DNA of 64,000 nt, taken from Octopus sinensis (lineage: Eukaryota). The notes beneath the pieces are model-generated. The model ran no database searches, had not been told where the DNA came from, and saw only the letters and a program-made list of their open reading frames with translations. Below are positions 11,180 through 23,889 of the stretch, one piece after another; position 1 is the stretch's first letter, and every line of letters starts with the position of its first letter. Location of the stretch: NCBI RefSeq assembly GCF_006345805.1, contig NC_042997.1, forward strand, positions 182,652,001 through 182,716,000, given 5' to 3'. The translations under genes and the position numbers were made by a program.

Positions 11180-14100
11180 ATATATATATATGTGTGTGTA
11201 TAAGTGGGTGTATATAAGTACGTATATATGTATATATATATAGCTTATTTGGCAATATTTCTTAGTGGTTTATAACCCTAGGCCACAGTGGTCATGTCCT
11301 TGATGATAGCTTCTTCACTGCTTAGTTCAAGAGCTTTTTTTAAAATTTTTTTTTTTATTTTAAAGCTACCAAAAAACTTGTGATGATAAGAAGTCTCTTA
11401 TTCACTCCTTTTAGCTTTTGAAATTTAATATAAACAGAATAATGTTGATAATGATTATTTTTGACAAATTAACATCCTAAAAATATTGATTCTTACCTCA
11501 AACAAAATTTATCTAATCTGTTTCTTAAACAATTTGTAGAAGTAGCCTTGGTATACTGTTGTATTCAGTGACTAACTAGGAACTTAAATCTAAATTTCAA
11601 ACAGCAGAACCATTAGATTTTTATTAACAATCTTATAAAATACATCACCAACCTTACTTTTTAATTTCTCTTCAAAAAATCATTTCAGAGTGCTACCTTT
11701 AAATGTATACAACTTATTATTCTAATTGCATTCTAAATTGCCAAATAATAAGAGCTGAAATCATCTACTTACAAAATAACACTCACCTTGGGGGCCTATT
11801 TATTTGTGGCTTTCATTTGTTACTGCCCACTCTATTTCTCTCTCTCTTTTTTTTTTTTTACATTAGAAAGGTTTTTTTCTTCGTCTAATCATTGTCTTGT
11901 TTTATTTTATCATTGTAAATTATTCAAAATTAATATTTTTCTCTTCAATGCTGGTGCCTTTGCTTTCCTGTCTATATATTGTGTTACTCTTCCTGGAGAC
12001 TGCTGGTATTAGCCAAATGGTTGTAGTATTAATTTTACTTTCTTGTGTGTTTTATATGTATATAAAAAGTTCTTCAATTATTATCTATTTATTGACTAAG
12101 GTTGGTGTCAGTTAAAAATAATTCTGTTGACATTGCAGCTTAGAAAGTTTATCTTCACTTTTTTTCTCCTTTTTTGTGTTGTTTGTTTTGGTGTTGGTGT
12201 ATTTTTATTTTTTTATTTTTGATTGTTTTTATTTTGCTTTTGTAAACTCAAATGCAAATGTTTCATAAAATTAAAATAAATATTAATCTAAATGTAAAGT
12301 ATTTTGAATCTCAACTTGATGTTAACTAAATTGCAAATTGATATAATCTCAGAACAGTGAATATTCATGTAAACTTAAAGTAGTGTGAGAAAGAGAAATT
12401 ATGAATTAAAGAAATATAACATAAGAACTTATTTTCTTATTTGAGAGTTATATAAAAATTTTTAAAAACCTTCAAAAATTTGAATGAAAAACAGTTTAAA
12501 GTATTGAGACCCAACATTCTAATCAATATGCTTGTTACTGCATTATTGGAGATCTGAATAATAATCACAGGTATCTTACTTTTCCCCCTACTGTAATTTA
12601 TATTCCTCACTTATAACTCTCTCTTCTTTTATATAATTAATTCACTTATTCAAACACTCAATGTTCCAGTTTTTGTCTTTGCAGCATTCAAAATATGACT
12701 CTGTTCATCTGAATCAGCTTGCAAAGTATTTATCTTAGATATGTCAATAAATCAGGAATAGACTTATGAATTTACACTTACTAATGAATTCAAATTTAAA
12801 CAGAACATTTAAACCAGAAATTTGTAAAAACCATTTGTGTATGAAAAATATGTGTAGAAAGAGTAATTGAATAGGTTAACAGATATATTAAAGCAGTCTA
12901 TAAAAGTTGAAAAATATATATTCTGACATGTTTTAATAGATATAAATATATTCATAAGATCTACATTAGTAAACTGAATAAGGATTTAAATATTTTTTTC
13001 TATGTAATATTGTTTTTATGTCTATATGTATGTACATATGTTAGTGTGCATGTACATTTTAAGAAAACTTGATTTTTATCTTCAGGATACTTATTCTACA
13101 ACCATTAAAAGTAATATTTTATTGTTTTTCTCTGACCAAGCCTAAACTTTGAACTCACTATCAACCTTTCCCTTGTAAAAGTTTAATAAGCCTATGTATG
13201 TGTATTGTGTGTGTGTGTATATATATATACGTAAAAAGCACCCACTACACTCACGGAGTGGTTGGCGTTAGGAAGGGCATCCAGCCGTAGAAACACTGCC
13301 AGATTTGACTGGGCCTGATGAAGCCTTCTGGCTTCACAGACCCCAGTAGAACCGTCCAACCCATGCTAGCATGGAAAACGGACGCTAAACGACGATGATG
13401 ATATATATATATTGATAAAAATGGTAAGACAACAAAAGAATGAAAGAGACCTCGATATTATGTAAATAGAGAATTTATTTTTAAATGTAATATGTGACAA
13501 TTATTCGGTAGGCGGCGTGGATTTCCATTTCAGCATCCGAAGCTCGGAGTTTTATCATGGCTACCGAATAATTGTCACGTATTACATTTACAGATATATA
13601 TGTGTGTGTATCTGTGTATCTGTGTTTATATAGTTAGGAGAATAGTTTATAAGACAATGTGTCTAATATGCACTTAAATACTTTTCATGTTTTTTAAAGA
13701 ATGTATTTTTTTATATTTTAATTTTCCTTTTCTTTAAAAGATTTAATTTCAGAAGAAAAGCTTATGAACTTAAGATTTATTCATGCAAACATTTATTTTA
13801 TAATTCATTATATAGAAATGGATTTATTTATTTATTTATTTATTTATTTTACTTTTTAGAGATATTTTGCTGTTATGATTTATTGTACGGTGCTCTACTA
13901 AATGTTATTGTTATATAGTAAGATGTTCTAAATATTGTAGTTTGATAGTACAGTAGTTGTGACTGGTCCATTGTGGTGTCAGCAAGTTCAATGAGCTTAT
14001 GAATTTTCTTGATTAAAATTCATTGACATTAAAGCCAAATATACATTGAGTTATTTAATATTTTTTACCAAATGCATCTGTTGCCAACACTGAATTTGTG

Positions 14101-15810
14101 ATATAAATAATTAACTAAAGTTAGCATATTGATGCGATCAGTTCAGAAAGAGAAAAAAAAAAAATTGCAAATTTTGTTGTTTATGAGATAATATATTACG
14201 TATGGTTGGTTTGATAAAATAAAAATAAATATATTCTTAGATTATTGAAGTAATCTTGGTGTATTTTACTAGTGAATGAGCACTTAATTATAATTTCTTT
14301 CGTAAACTTAAGTATGCAAAGTTAACTAAAATAAACGACTGTAATTAGCAACTTGTGGGAGAATTAGTCTTTTGAAACCCTTTCTAACTTCAGCTATCAA
14401 CTTGAAATTACCAAAATATTAGGAATAAATTATATCCTTCTTTTCGTTTGTTAAGTTTTTTTTGTTTTGTTTTTGTTTATTTCATACATTAGTTTCAAAT
14501 TTACATTTTAATCCTTTTTTTTTTGTTTTACAGATTTTATGTATCAAGAAGCATTTTTGACTACATATAGAACATTTATTACTCCTAAAGATTTGATTGA
14601 AAAATTACTCTACCGTTTCCACAAATTTCAACATGTTTCTGATACAAGCAAAAAACGGTTGGCACGTAATGCCTTTTCCTTATTGATACGTGTCCTTGAT
14701 GAATTGAGGTACTTGCCAAATTTTTATATAAATATATTTTTATATATTTTGTTATATGATGCTCGCATATTATATATTTGCATATTATGTGTATTTCATA
14801 TCTATGTATGTATACACACACACACACACATCTCAGAAATAAAGAGACACCATCATTTTTTAAATACCTACTTCTAGAAACAAATTGTCACTTGATGCAT
14901 TTAAATACTTAATCTAGTATTTAGTAGTTTTTATGCAGTTTTTACTGATTTTAATCTGTTGGGCATGCTTCACAAGTAAAACAGTATAACAAGAGGTGTC
15001 TATTTAATTTTGAAATATATATGTGTGTGTTTCTACCACTGAATAATTATTTTGACATTTTGCTGAAACATGTTTACAAAGTCTGATCAAAAAGTAACAG
15101 GACTGGTGTTATAAAATGTAAACCATAACATATATCAATTTGGTAGATAATCTTCTTCGAAGTAGTCCCCTTCTGGAGCCACACACTTTAATCCAGTGTT
15201 GTTTCTATTGATAGAAGCATCCCTTTTGGGGGATAGGGAGCAGCTGCTTTATCACATTGTCTTGGATTTCCTTGACATCTTGAAATCTTGTTGGGGGTCT
15301 TCCACTTCAAAGACTGAGCCTTGATTTCAGGATCATGACCATAGACCCATGATTTATCACCTGTTATGACTGTTTTCAAAAGGTTGTCATCTTCCACAAG
15401 ACAATCCTGCACAACTGAAACCTGATCTTTTTTTTTGAAATGACCACACTCTACACACTTAACTTCCAAGCACTGCTATAAACAATGGGAGTGAGAAAGA
15501 ACATTATAACTTAGTATGCATACACAACAGAGTTCAAGTTCAAGCTGTGTTAAGGAGCTTCAGTCTGTGTACTTTGGCTCTGTTACCATAACAACAGTCT
15601 TGATACTTTTTGATCAGACCTCATATGTCCTATAATGCTTTGAATGTCGTATCTGTTTTCTACTTACTTTTTTGTTATTTGGCTCATACTCCACACTCCA
15701 GCTTATCCCCAATTTAGTGTCCTGTGTCATATCATACTGGATATCAGAGTGGATTATGGAGCCCACTACTAAGTTCAGCCTTGGTTGCATGTCACACTTT
15801 ACTGTGCCTC

Positions 15811-15850
<40 letters not shown>

Positions 15851-18800
15851 TGTACTACATGACAGTGAAACATGGTCGTAACTGCTGAGTACATACAGAA
15901 GCTTGAAAGAAATTAAGCTAGTATGCTCCGCTGAATGTATTATATCAGTGTGCATATATGATAGAGTGTAAGCGCCCTGAGAGAAAAGTTGGACATAAGA
16001 AGCATCAGATGTGGTGTGCAAGAGAGACAACTTTGCTGGTATGGTCATGTGTTGCATATGGATGAGGACAGCTGTGTAAAGAAGTGTCACACCCTAACAG
16101 TTGAGGGAACCTGTGGAAGAGGTAGACATGGGATGAGGTGGTGAAGCACACCCTTCAAATGTTGGGCCTCACAGAGGCAATGACAAGCAACTGTGACCTT
16201 TGGAGATAAGCTGTGCTTGAGAAAACCTAGCAAGCCAAGTGAGATCGTAGCCATAGCTGATGCCAGTGTCGCATAACCTGCCTGTTTAAAAGTACCTTTG
16301 AATCATCAGGCAATATGCTATGCTTGAGAAGACCTGTTGAGTCAAGTGATGTCATAGTCATGGCCAATGCCAGTGCTACCTGACTGCAAAATAAAAAGCA
16401 CCCACTACACTCTCGGAGTGGTTGGCATTAGGAAGGGCATCCAGCTGTAGAAAACATCCAACCCATGCCACCATGGAAAAAGGATGTTAAAAGGATGATG
16501 ATATATATGCATGCATTCATGTATGTATGTATGTAAATCAGCCATGATATGCAATCAAATATGACTTTATAGCAGAAATCTATGTAAAATTATGTTGTGC
16601 TCATTTCTCATAATTCATGTGTTTCTAATACAATGAAGATGACACCAATGGAATCGATAATATTATTTTTTGCAACTTCTTTAACCTTTCTGAACAACTT
16701 TGTCCTTAGTCTCCTTATAGCCTAAAATTCTGGATATTTTCTTTTTTTATTGTGTTAATATTTTTCAAGTTACCACAGGTAGATATTGTTATACTTCAAA
16801 TTTCAATATCTCGAAACCTTTAGCAGATTACATAATGATTACCAATTTTAGATTTCAAAATGTGATTACTGAACTTTTGATCCATTAGGTTGTTGTTCTT
16901 ATTGCGATAATTTTCACCAAATTTTCATAAGACATGTCTTTGAATTTAAAATCTAACTGGATTGAATCTGTTTTTCTCTGTTTCGAGCACGGTCTTTCTT
17001 ACTCTTAACTTTCTTAGACTGACTTCTAATTGCACTAATTTAATACTGAAAATTATGCAAATTTGTATATCTTTTGAGTTGTTAACAACTTAAATTTCTC
17101 TTACTTTTTTTTCTATTTTCTATTTAGCTTTCAAAAATTACCTAAGAACTAAAAATTCTTTCATATTAAATATGATACACAGCTGAGTACAAAATAATTT
17201 ATTTTTGGTAGGGGAAAATCATGAATATATATTAATTTTAAAATGATAATTTAATAATCATAACATATTGTCTTTTAACCTTATTTCTGTTATTACTAGC
17301 CTATCTTTTATACCTGAAATTTCTCCATCTTTTTATCCCAATACTATCCCAAACATTTTTTGAAACCTATCAATTCTCTAAAATAGCATAAAAACAAAAC
17401 AAAAGAAACGAAAAGAAAATTAGGCACTGACATGCAAGTTGTAATCTTTTTTTAAAAAAAAAATTAATTTTTCTTGTAAGTATTGTGGAACAATAGAAAA
17501 TACTCAGTAGACCAATTTCAAAACATAGTTTTATCTGCTTTCTTTATGTTGCTAATGGCTTTGGGAAAGTGATGAATATTCTAATTTGTTAAGACTCCTC
17601 AGGTCTTAAATCTTGTAAGTCAATCTTCATGATGAAAAATAAGCAAAATCATATACCATATCATCTAAAATAAAATCAGCTTTACAATTCAAACTTTTTT
17701 GCGCCAGATTTTTGTAAAGGTTAGGCTGGTTATGAATTGCATGAAAAGGGTGCTTTACACCTACTAGTTGTGTTGTTTAACAACTATTTTCTAATGGTTA
17801 TTTTTATGCTTTGGTCATAAATGTTATTCCTTGAGACTTTAAAATTTCTAAATGAATTTTTTTTAAATCACAGCTTCTAATTTAATACTAATATGAATTT
17901 CTAAAACTAAACATCTTTAGAAGAAACTTTAAGATAACCTATAATATATTAGTGATTAAATAACTAATAGCTTTAAAATAATGTGTTGAGTTATTTATTG
18001 ACTGAATAAGTCCCTTATATGAAGCAGTAAACTTTATTTTAAACTAATGAATTATTTACTAAAATAGTTTTCGCTACACTAATAACTAAAATGTTGTATA
18101 CATTTAATAATTTATTTCTATTTTTAAACCTAAAGCATCTGGATCATCTCTCTAGCTGCTAACCATTCAGTGAGTATTAAGCTCATATAAAAGTTTTTTC
18201 GTGTCAGCTGCTACTTTTCCCTTATATTTTAACAGCGTTTGGTGCAGACTTCGAGAAAAATGTGCATCTACTGTGAAAAAGAATCCTGCAGGTTTTCAAA
18301 ATAAGTGTGTATTTCTTAAAATTGTTTTGTGCATAAATTAGGTCTTTAAACATTCATAGTTTGATATAATTTGACTTCCATAAATATATAATAAATCTTT
18401 AATACTTAGTATTGATAATTTTTTTTAAAGCTTTCCAAACATTCCCCTCCCATCTAATATTTTAAGATTCTCAGATTAAGTAATAACCTTTTTCTCAGAA
18501 TACTACACTATATTGGATTGCTGTAATCATAAATAAGAAAATGCAAACTAATTAATTTTGCTGTTAATACAGTTTTACAGGTTGGCAGATAGTTTTATGC
18601 ATAAACTAGATTTTTAAATACTCAATTTCATTAATAACATAATATTAAACAAATAAAAAAGCAAAAAAGGGGAAAAAATAATATTTTATTAATTCATTTG
18701 AGGTATCACCAGAATACTGCATTGATTAGAAAAATAAAATTGTTTAAAAGATAAAGAAAATGAAAACTACACAGTCCCCTCCAGCAAACTAACCTGATCA

Positions 18801-19684
18801 TAAAACATCACCAAAGATAAATAGGATTATTCTACACTGAGCCAGTTATGTAAAAAAAAAAATGGAGGTGGTATCAATCATAGTTAACAGGCTCACTCAG
18901 ATATGCATTGGCATGTTTAATTAAATTATTTCAACAGCAGTCAATTTACATGAAGCGATTTTTATATTTGTATTTGTTCAGAGGTTAATGTTTAAATCAA
19001 ATGAAAAATTAAAATCAAAATGTTAGTGCAATTTGAATCAGTGAATACAGATTTAATCCCAATGTTTAATTTTTCTGCCTCGTGCTTGTTAGTTTTAGAA
19101 AATAAAATTCTGCAGAATCACTGGTGTTAGTTTTCAGCTGTTCTTGAAATTGTTACTCATTATCAGGCTTCTGGACTTGTATGTGTGTGTCATAGGTATA
19201 CACATGGCTGTGTGATTATAAAGCTTGCTTTCTAACTTTGTGGTTTCAACTTTAGTCCCACTTCACTGCACTTTGGGCAAGTATCTTCTACTGTAGCCCC
19301 AGGCTGACCAGAAGCCTTGTGAGTGGGTTTGGTAGGTGGCGATTGAAAGAAGTGTTTGTGTGTGTGTGATATCATCATTATGGTATATATCATCATTTTA
19401 ATGTCTACTAGTCCATGCTTGGACAGTTTATTGAGGCAAATTTTTTATGGCCTGATGGCCTTCCTGTCACCAGCCTCACCTGTTTCCAAGCAAGGTAATG
19501 TTTTCCCATGGCCAGACATGGAGACACAAGCCATCATACATTCATACACACACACACACACAGACTTCTTTGAGCTTCCATTTATCAAATCCAGTTTCAG
19601 TTTCCCTTTACCAAAATCAGTGAAACTGAACCTGGAGCCATGTATTTGGGAAACAGAATTTTTAGCCACAGTCACACACATGCC

Positions 19685-19717
<33 letters not shown>

Positions 19718-19954
19718 CATGTGTACCCATCACATCTTATGATGGCTGCAGAATAAGCATCACTATCATGCAAGTGATGTTGTTCATTTCCAGTCTTCTG
19801 TGAAAAGCATTTCTGACCAATGGCAAATGTTACCTTGCTTGTTAACAGACAAGGGTTGGCAACAGAAAGGGCATCCAACTGTAAAAAATCTGCCTCAGTG
19901 AAATTTATATGACACATACAAGCATGGAAAAGTGAATTTGAAATGATGATGATG

Positions 19955-19996
<42 letters not shown>

Positions 19997-22900
19997 TTTT
20001 GTGCAGGGATTTACTTTCAAACAGTTTTAAAGTGATCAATATCAGCTTTTAAAACATTGTCTGAAAAGAAAATATATCCATTGTGCCATGTTTTAATTTG
20101 TTTCTTTATAGTTCTTCTTGCAGTAGCACATCCTCAGAAATAGATGATGAAATCAGCCAAAAAATGATGGATTTAGTATTTGAATTGCTCTGTCAGGGAG
20201 AATTGACTCTTGCTAAGCTTCTTCGGCGGAAAATTGTCGAGAAACTTGAAGCAAGAAAACACATGGAAATCACTGCTAAGACTAATAATCTACCCTCACA
20301 CAGTTTAACACTTCAGTAAGATTCTTCTTTGTTTTTTTGTTCCTATGTGGCTTCTATATAACAGAGAGCTTTGTGTTGAAATAGCTTAAATGTTGTTTGA
20401 TAAGTGTTTGAATAAATTATAAATCAGCTGTTACTTATGTTGATCAGTTTCTCTATATATATATTTTACCAAATTTGAATAAGTTTTTGCTGATCCATCT
20501 TATTTTTAAGTTTGCTTACTTTGTAACTGACACTATTTTTTATGCAATTATAACATATCATTAACACATAATACTGGTGAAACTTTTGTATTATTTTCAA
20601 TGGGGAATCAAGGTTACAACTTACATATAAAAATGTGGAGACGAGCTGTCGTCTCTTGGTGGGCCAAGATTCTGTGGTGTTTTAATAGAGATGACTGCAG
20701 AAAGAGCTTTGCCAGAGTGCAGCTTATGATCCCTAATGTACTAAGTCAATGTACTTAAAAATAATTACCTTCTGTACTTATATATCTGCAACAAAAAAAT
20801 ACAGAGGAGCTTTAATTAGAGATACACTACACAATATTTATTGGAATACTTTGGAATTAAAAAAAAAATAATAATTTTGGTTTTTATTTTTTTTTTATGA
20901 AAGGTATACCTACAATTTTATCACAACTGAAAAATGTAAACAATTATAAACAAATGTTTTTATCTCTCCATCTACAGAGAAATTAGGGTTGGTCTGACCA
21001 CTTTTGTTTTTGTTTAGAGACTCATTAAATAAAATGTTCCAACTTCCTCTGTCCCTAGAGAGATTGGTAACTTATAGCTTTTTATACTGAATGCAAACCA
21101 GGACTCAGCTAAACTGACCAATCATTGGTGCATTAATTGATTAGTGATTCTATTGATGTTTCCTTGGCCAAAGGAGTTGGTTACTTGTTCTATGGTGAAT
21201 CTTTAAATAGAAATTAGGGCAATACCAATTTTTGTGCATATAGGGAGCTTAAATATGTTAACTATGATAAATTGTCTAGAAGGCAGTCATGGTGAGATGA
21301 CAGCAAAATTAGTTAGCAAAAGGCTGCCATATACACACACACACATAACTTTTTATTTATCTAATCACACACACACATTTTTCCATATCTCTAAGCACTC
21401 ACATATATGAAAGGCCATGTAAGTTCAAATATGCACCCCCACGTATAAACACAGAGTTCAAATCTATCTCTATATACACCCGATCAGTCTGAAAACTCTG
21501 AGATACTTATCAATTCAAGTTTAAATAAAATTAAAAGATTTTATCGTTGATTTAGGTTTTAGGTGGTGATGTGTATTCTTACTTATTTATTCCATAAAAG
21601 ACTTTTAACCTTATTTATGAGTTATAACCTGTCTGTCTCTTTCAGTTTGGAGTATAAAAAAGGTAAATTTTCTCAATGTCACCCTAGATTTGAATAGCAA
21701 CCTATATTTTCTTTTCCACAAACCTAATGTAAATCTTAACTACATAGATAAAAATTCTAACCACCCAAAATTTATTAGAAATTTTGTAAAGTATTTCTCT
21801 TAGAATGTCCAAATTATCTTCTAACAAAGAAATTCCTAATAATAATACCGAGTATTATAATGAGGCTCTGTTGAAAAGTGGTCATAATAAAATAAAATTT
21901 ATTACTCCTACTGATAGAACTACTCTAAATATAGCATATATTCTAGATCTAAACATATGAAATGTATCAATACACCACAGAACCTCTAATTCAACATTCC
22001 AAACATAAAGATATTGCAAATAAGTAGGGAAAAAATTATAATGGCAGTATAAATACATCAAATATAATTACCTAGGATAAAAGTGTAACTATCAGCAAAT
22101 CTAAGAATAAAATTAAAAACCCTGATATTAAAATAAATGAAATTAGCAAAACTAAATCTCTTGAGAATGAATGCACCCTGAAGCATAGAGTTAAAAACTA
22201 ATAACATAAGACATACAAAAATTTTATTATAAGGCTGAATTCCAACAGCCACAACATACATAATATGAATGTTAAAAATTCTAACTTGAAATGTAGAGTA
22301 AGAAATAACTTAATCCATTCTGACATATCCCAAGTTGCATACTCTAGCAACACATCATCAAATAGAGCCACAAAGGGCAATCACAATATTCCTCCTCTGA
22401 AAATAATTGCCATACATGAAAAAGGCAGAAAAAGTAAAACTAAAAAAGGGAGTGTAACTTGATTTAATGCATCCTGTGCAAAAAAAAAAATTAAGACAAA
22501 TATACCTAGTTTTCTTTGGTATATTAGGTAGGATTTTTTTCTCCAAACCACAAATACCACTGTACTTTTAATAAATACACAATTAAATTCTCTTATCTAT
22601 AACACCTGCTCTTGCTGATATTATCAAATACTCTAATGCATATAAAATGAATTAATATAAGGACAACACACAAAAAAATAACAAACTTTCAAACTTACCC
22701 TACTAATGTAGTTGGTGAGATTCATAATCTAATGGGTGAGATTCATAATGCTGGAGGCGAAAATACAGAATCCAAAATATGCCTCCACAACGCTAGTACT
22801 AACATCCCTTAACATGTCATCAAAATGATGGTAATGTAATAAATGAATATAATATAAAAGATGATAATTCTGTACACCTAGTGAACAAAATAAGGAAAGA

Positions 22901-23858
22901 AATTAATACTAGTAACTATAATCCTAAAAATAGAAATAATAAGTTAATACATCTGAATCCCAACTCCTTACAATCTACCTATGTATATAGTAATGTCAGA
23001 AAATCGAATAAGAAATTCAAAATAGAATGTGAATAGGAAGGTAATGTAGCTAATGGCAGTAGAATCCTTACAGTAGAAACAAATGGTGACCATGAAAATT
23101 CATGCCATATAAACAGGAGTCAACTTTTTAAAATAATGTATTTAAATTATAACTGTAGAGCAACTTCCACTTGTCCCCTTAGAGTAGCCTCTTATTGTAA
23201 TGTCACCTACAGATATGTCATTACTTCAATGGATACCCATTATAACATAGGGTCTATATTGAATCCCATTAAATGATATTATAACTTACATACTCAGCTA
23301 TAGGAGTAAAATTTTATGTAATTCAATTAGACCAGTTAATTATTTATTTGATATTAACTCTTTGAATGGTAAGTATGAACTACCCTGAGATGTACATTAG
23401 AAACAAGAAAGAGTGCAAACTATGCTCTGCTGAAGCATATAATAGGTGACAAAAAAATTACTTAGCCTTAAGAAAATGAATACTTTTTCTCTTGTAGATA
23501 TATAATTTTCAAGTCATTTAAAACTATAAAAACACTTCTACCCAGGTAAGATAATAAATAGTAATTTGCAAGGTAATACTCTACAATATATGAGATATGG
23601 AGATATATCCAAATATATATATTGGATAATACCTCTTTATTCCCATTCTATAAAAAATTATACGTACACTTTTTAATCATTTATATTATTATTTATCTTA
23701 TGAACTGGACCAATATATGAGTAAGAATACACACTACTTCGTGGTACCTAAATCAATGACTACATCTTTTTATTTAAACTTGAATTGATAACTCTCAGAA
23801 TTTACAGTTGGGTATCTTTATTTTTAAGTCAGATGTGTGTATATATGATCTTTGTGTA

Positions 23859-23889
<31 letters not shown>

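Noticed and set aside
12685-13110. Two exon-like segments (12685-12725 and 13086-13110)
   Set aside because: Both contain stops when entered in the required phase 1.
13860-13889. 30-nt in-frame candidate (EIFCCYDLLY)
   Set aside because: Poor donor (ACG|GTGCTC), and the acceptor tract is just an (ATTT)n repeat.
22058-22546. Hydrophobic minus-strand ORFs suggesting a NUMT
   Set aside because: The plus strand carries ordered Penelope-like motifs on both sides, and I recognised no mitochondrial protein motif.
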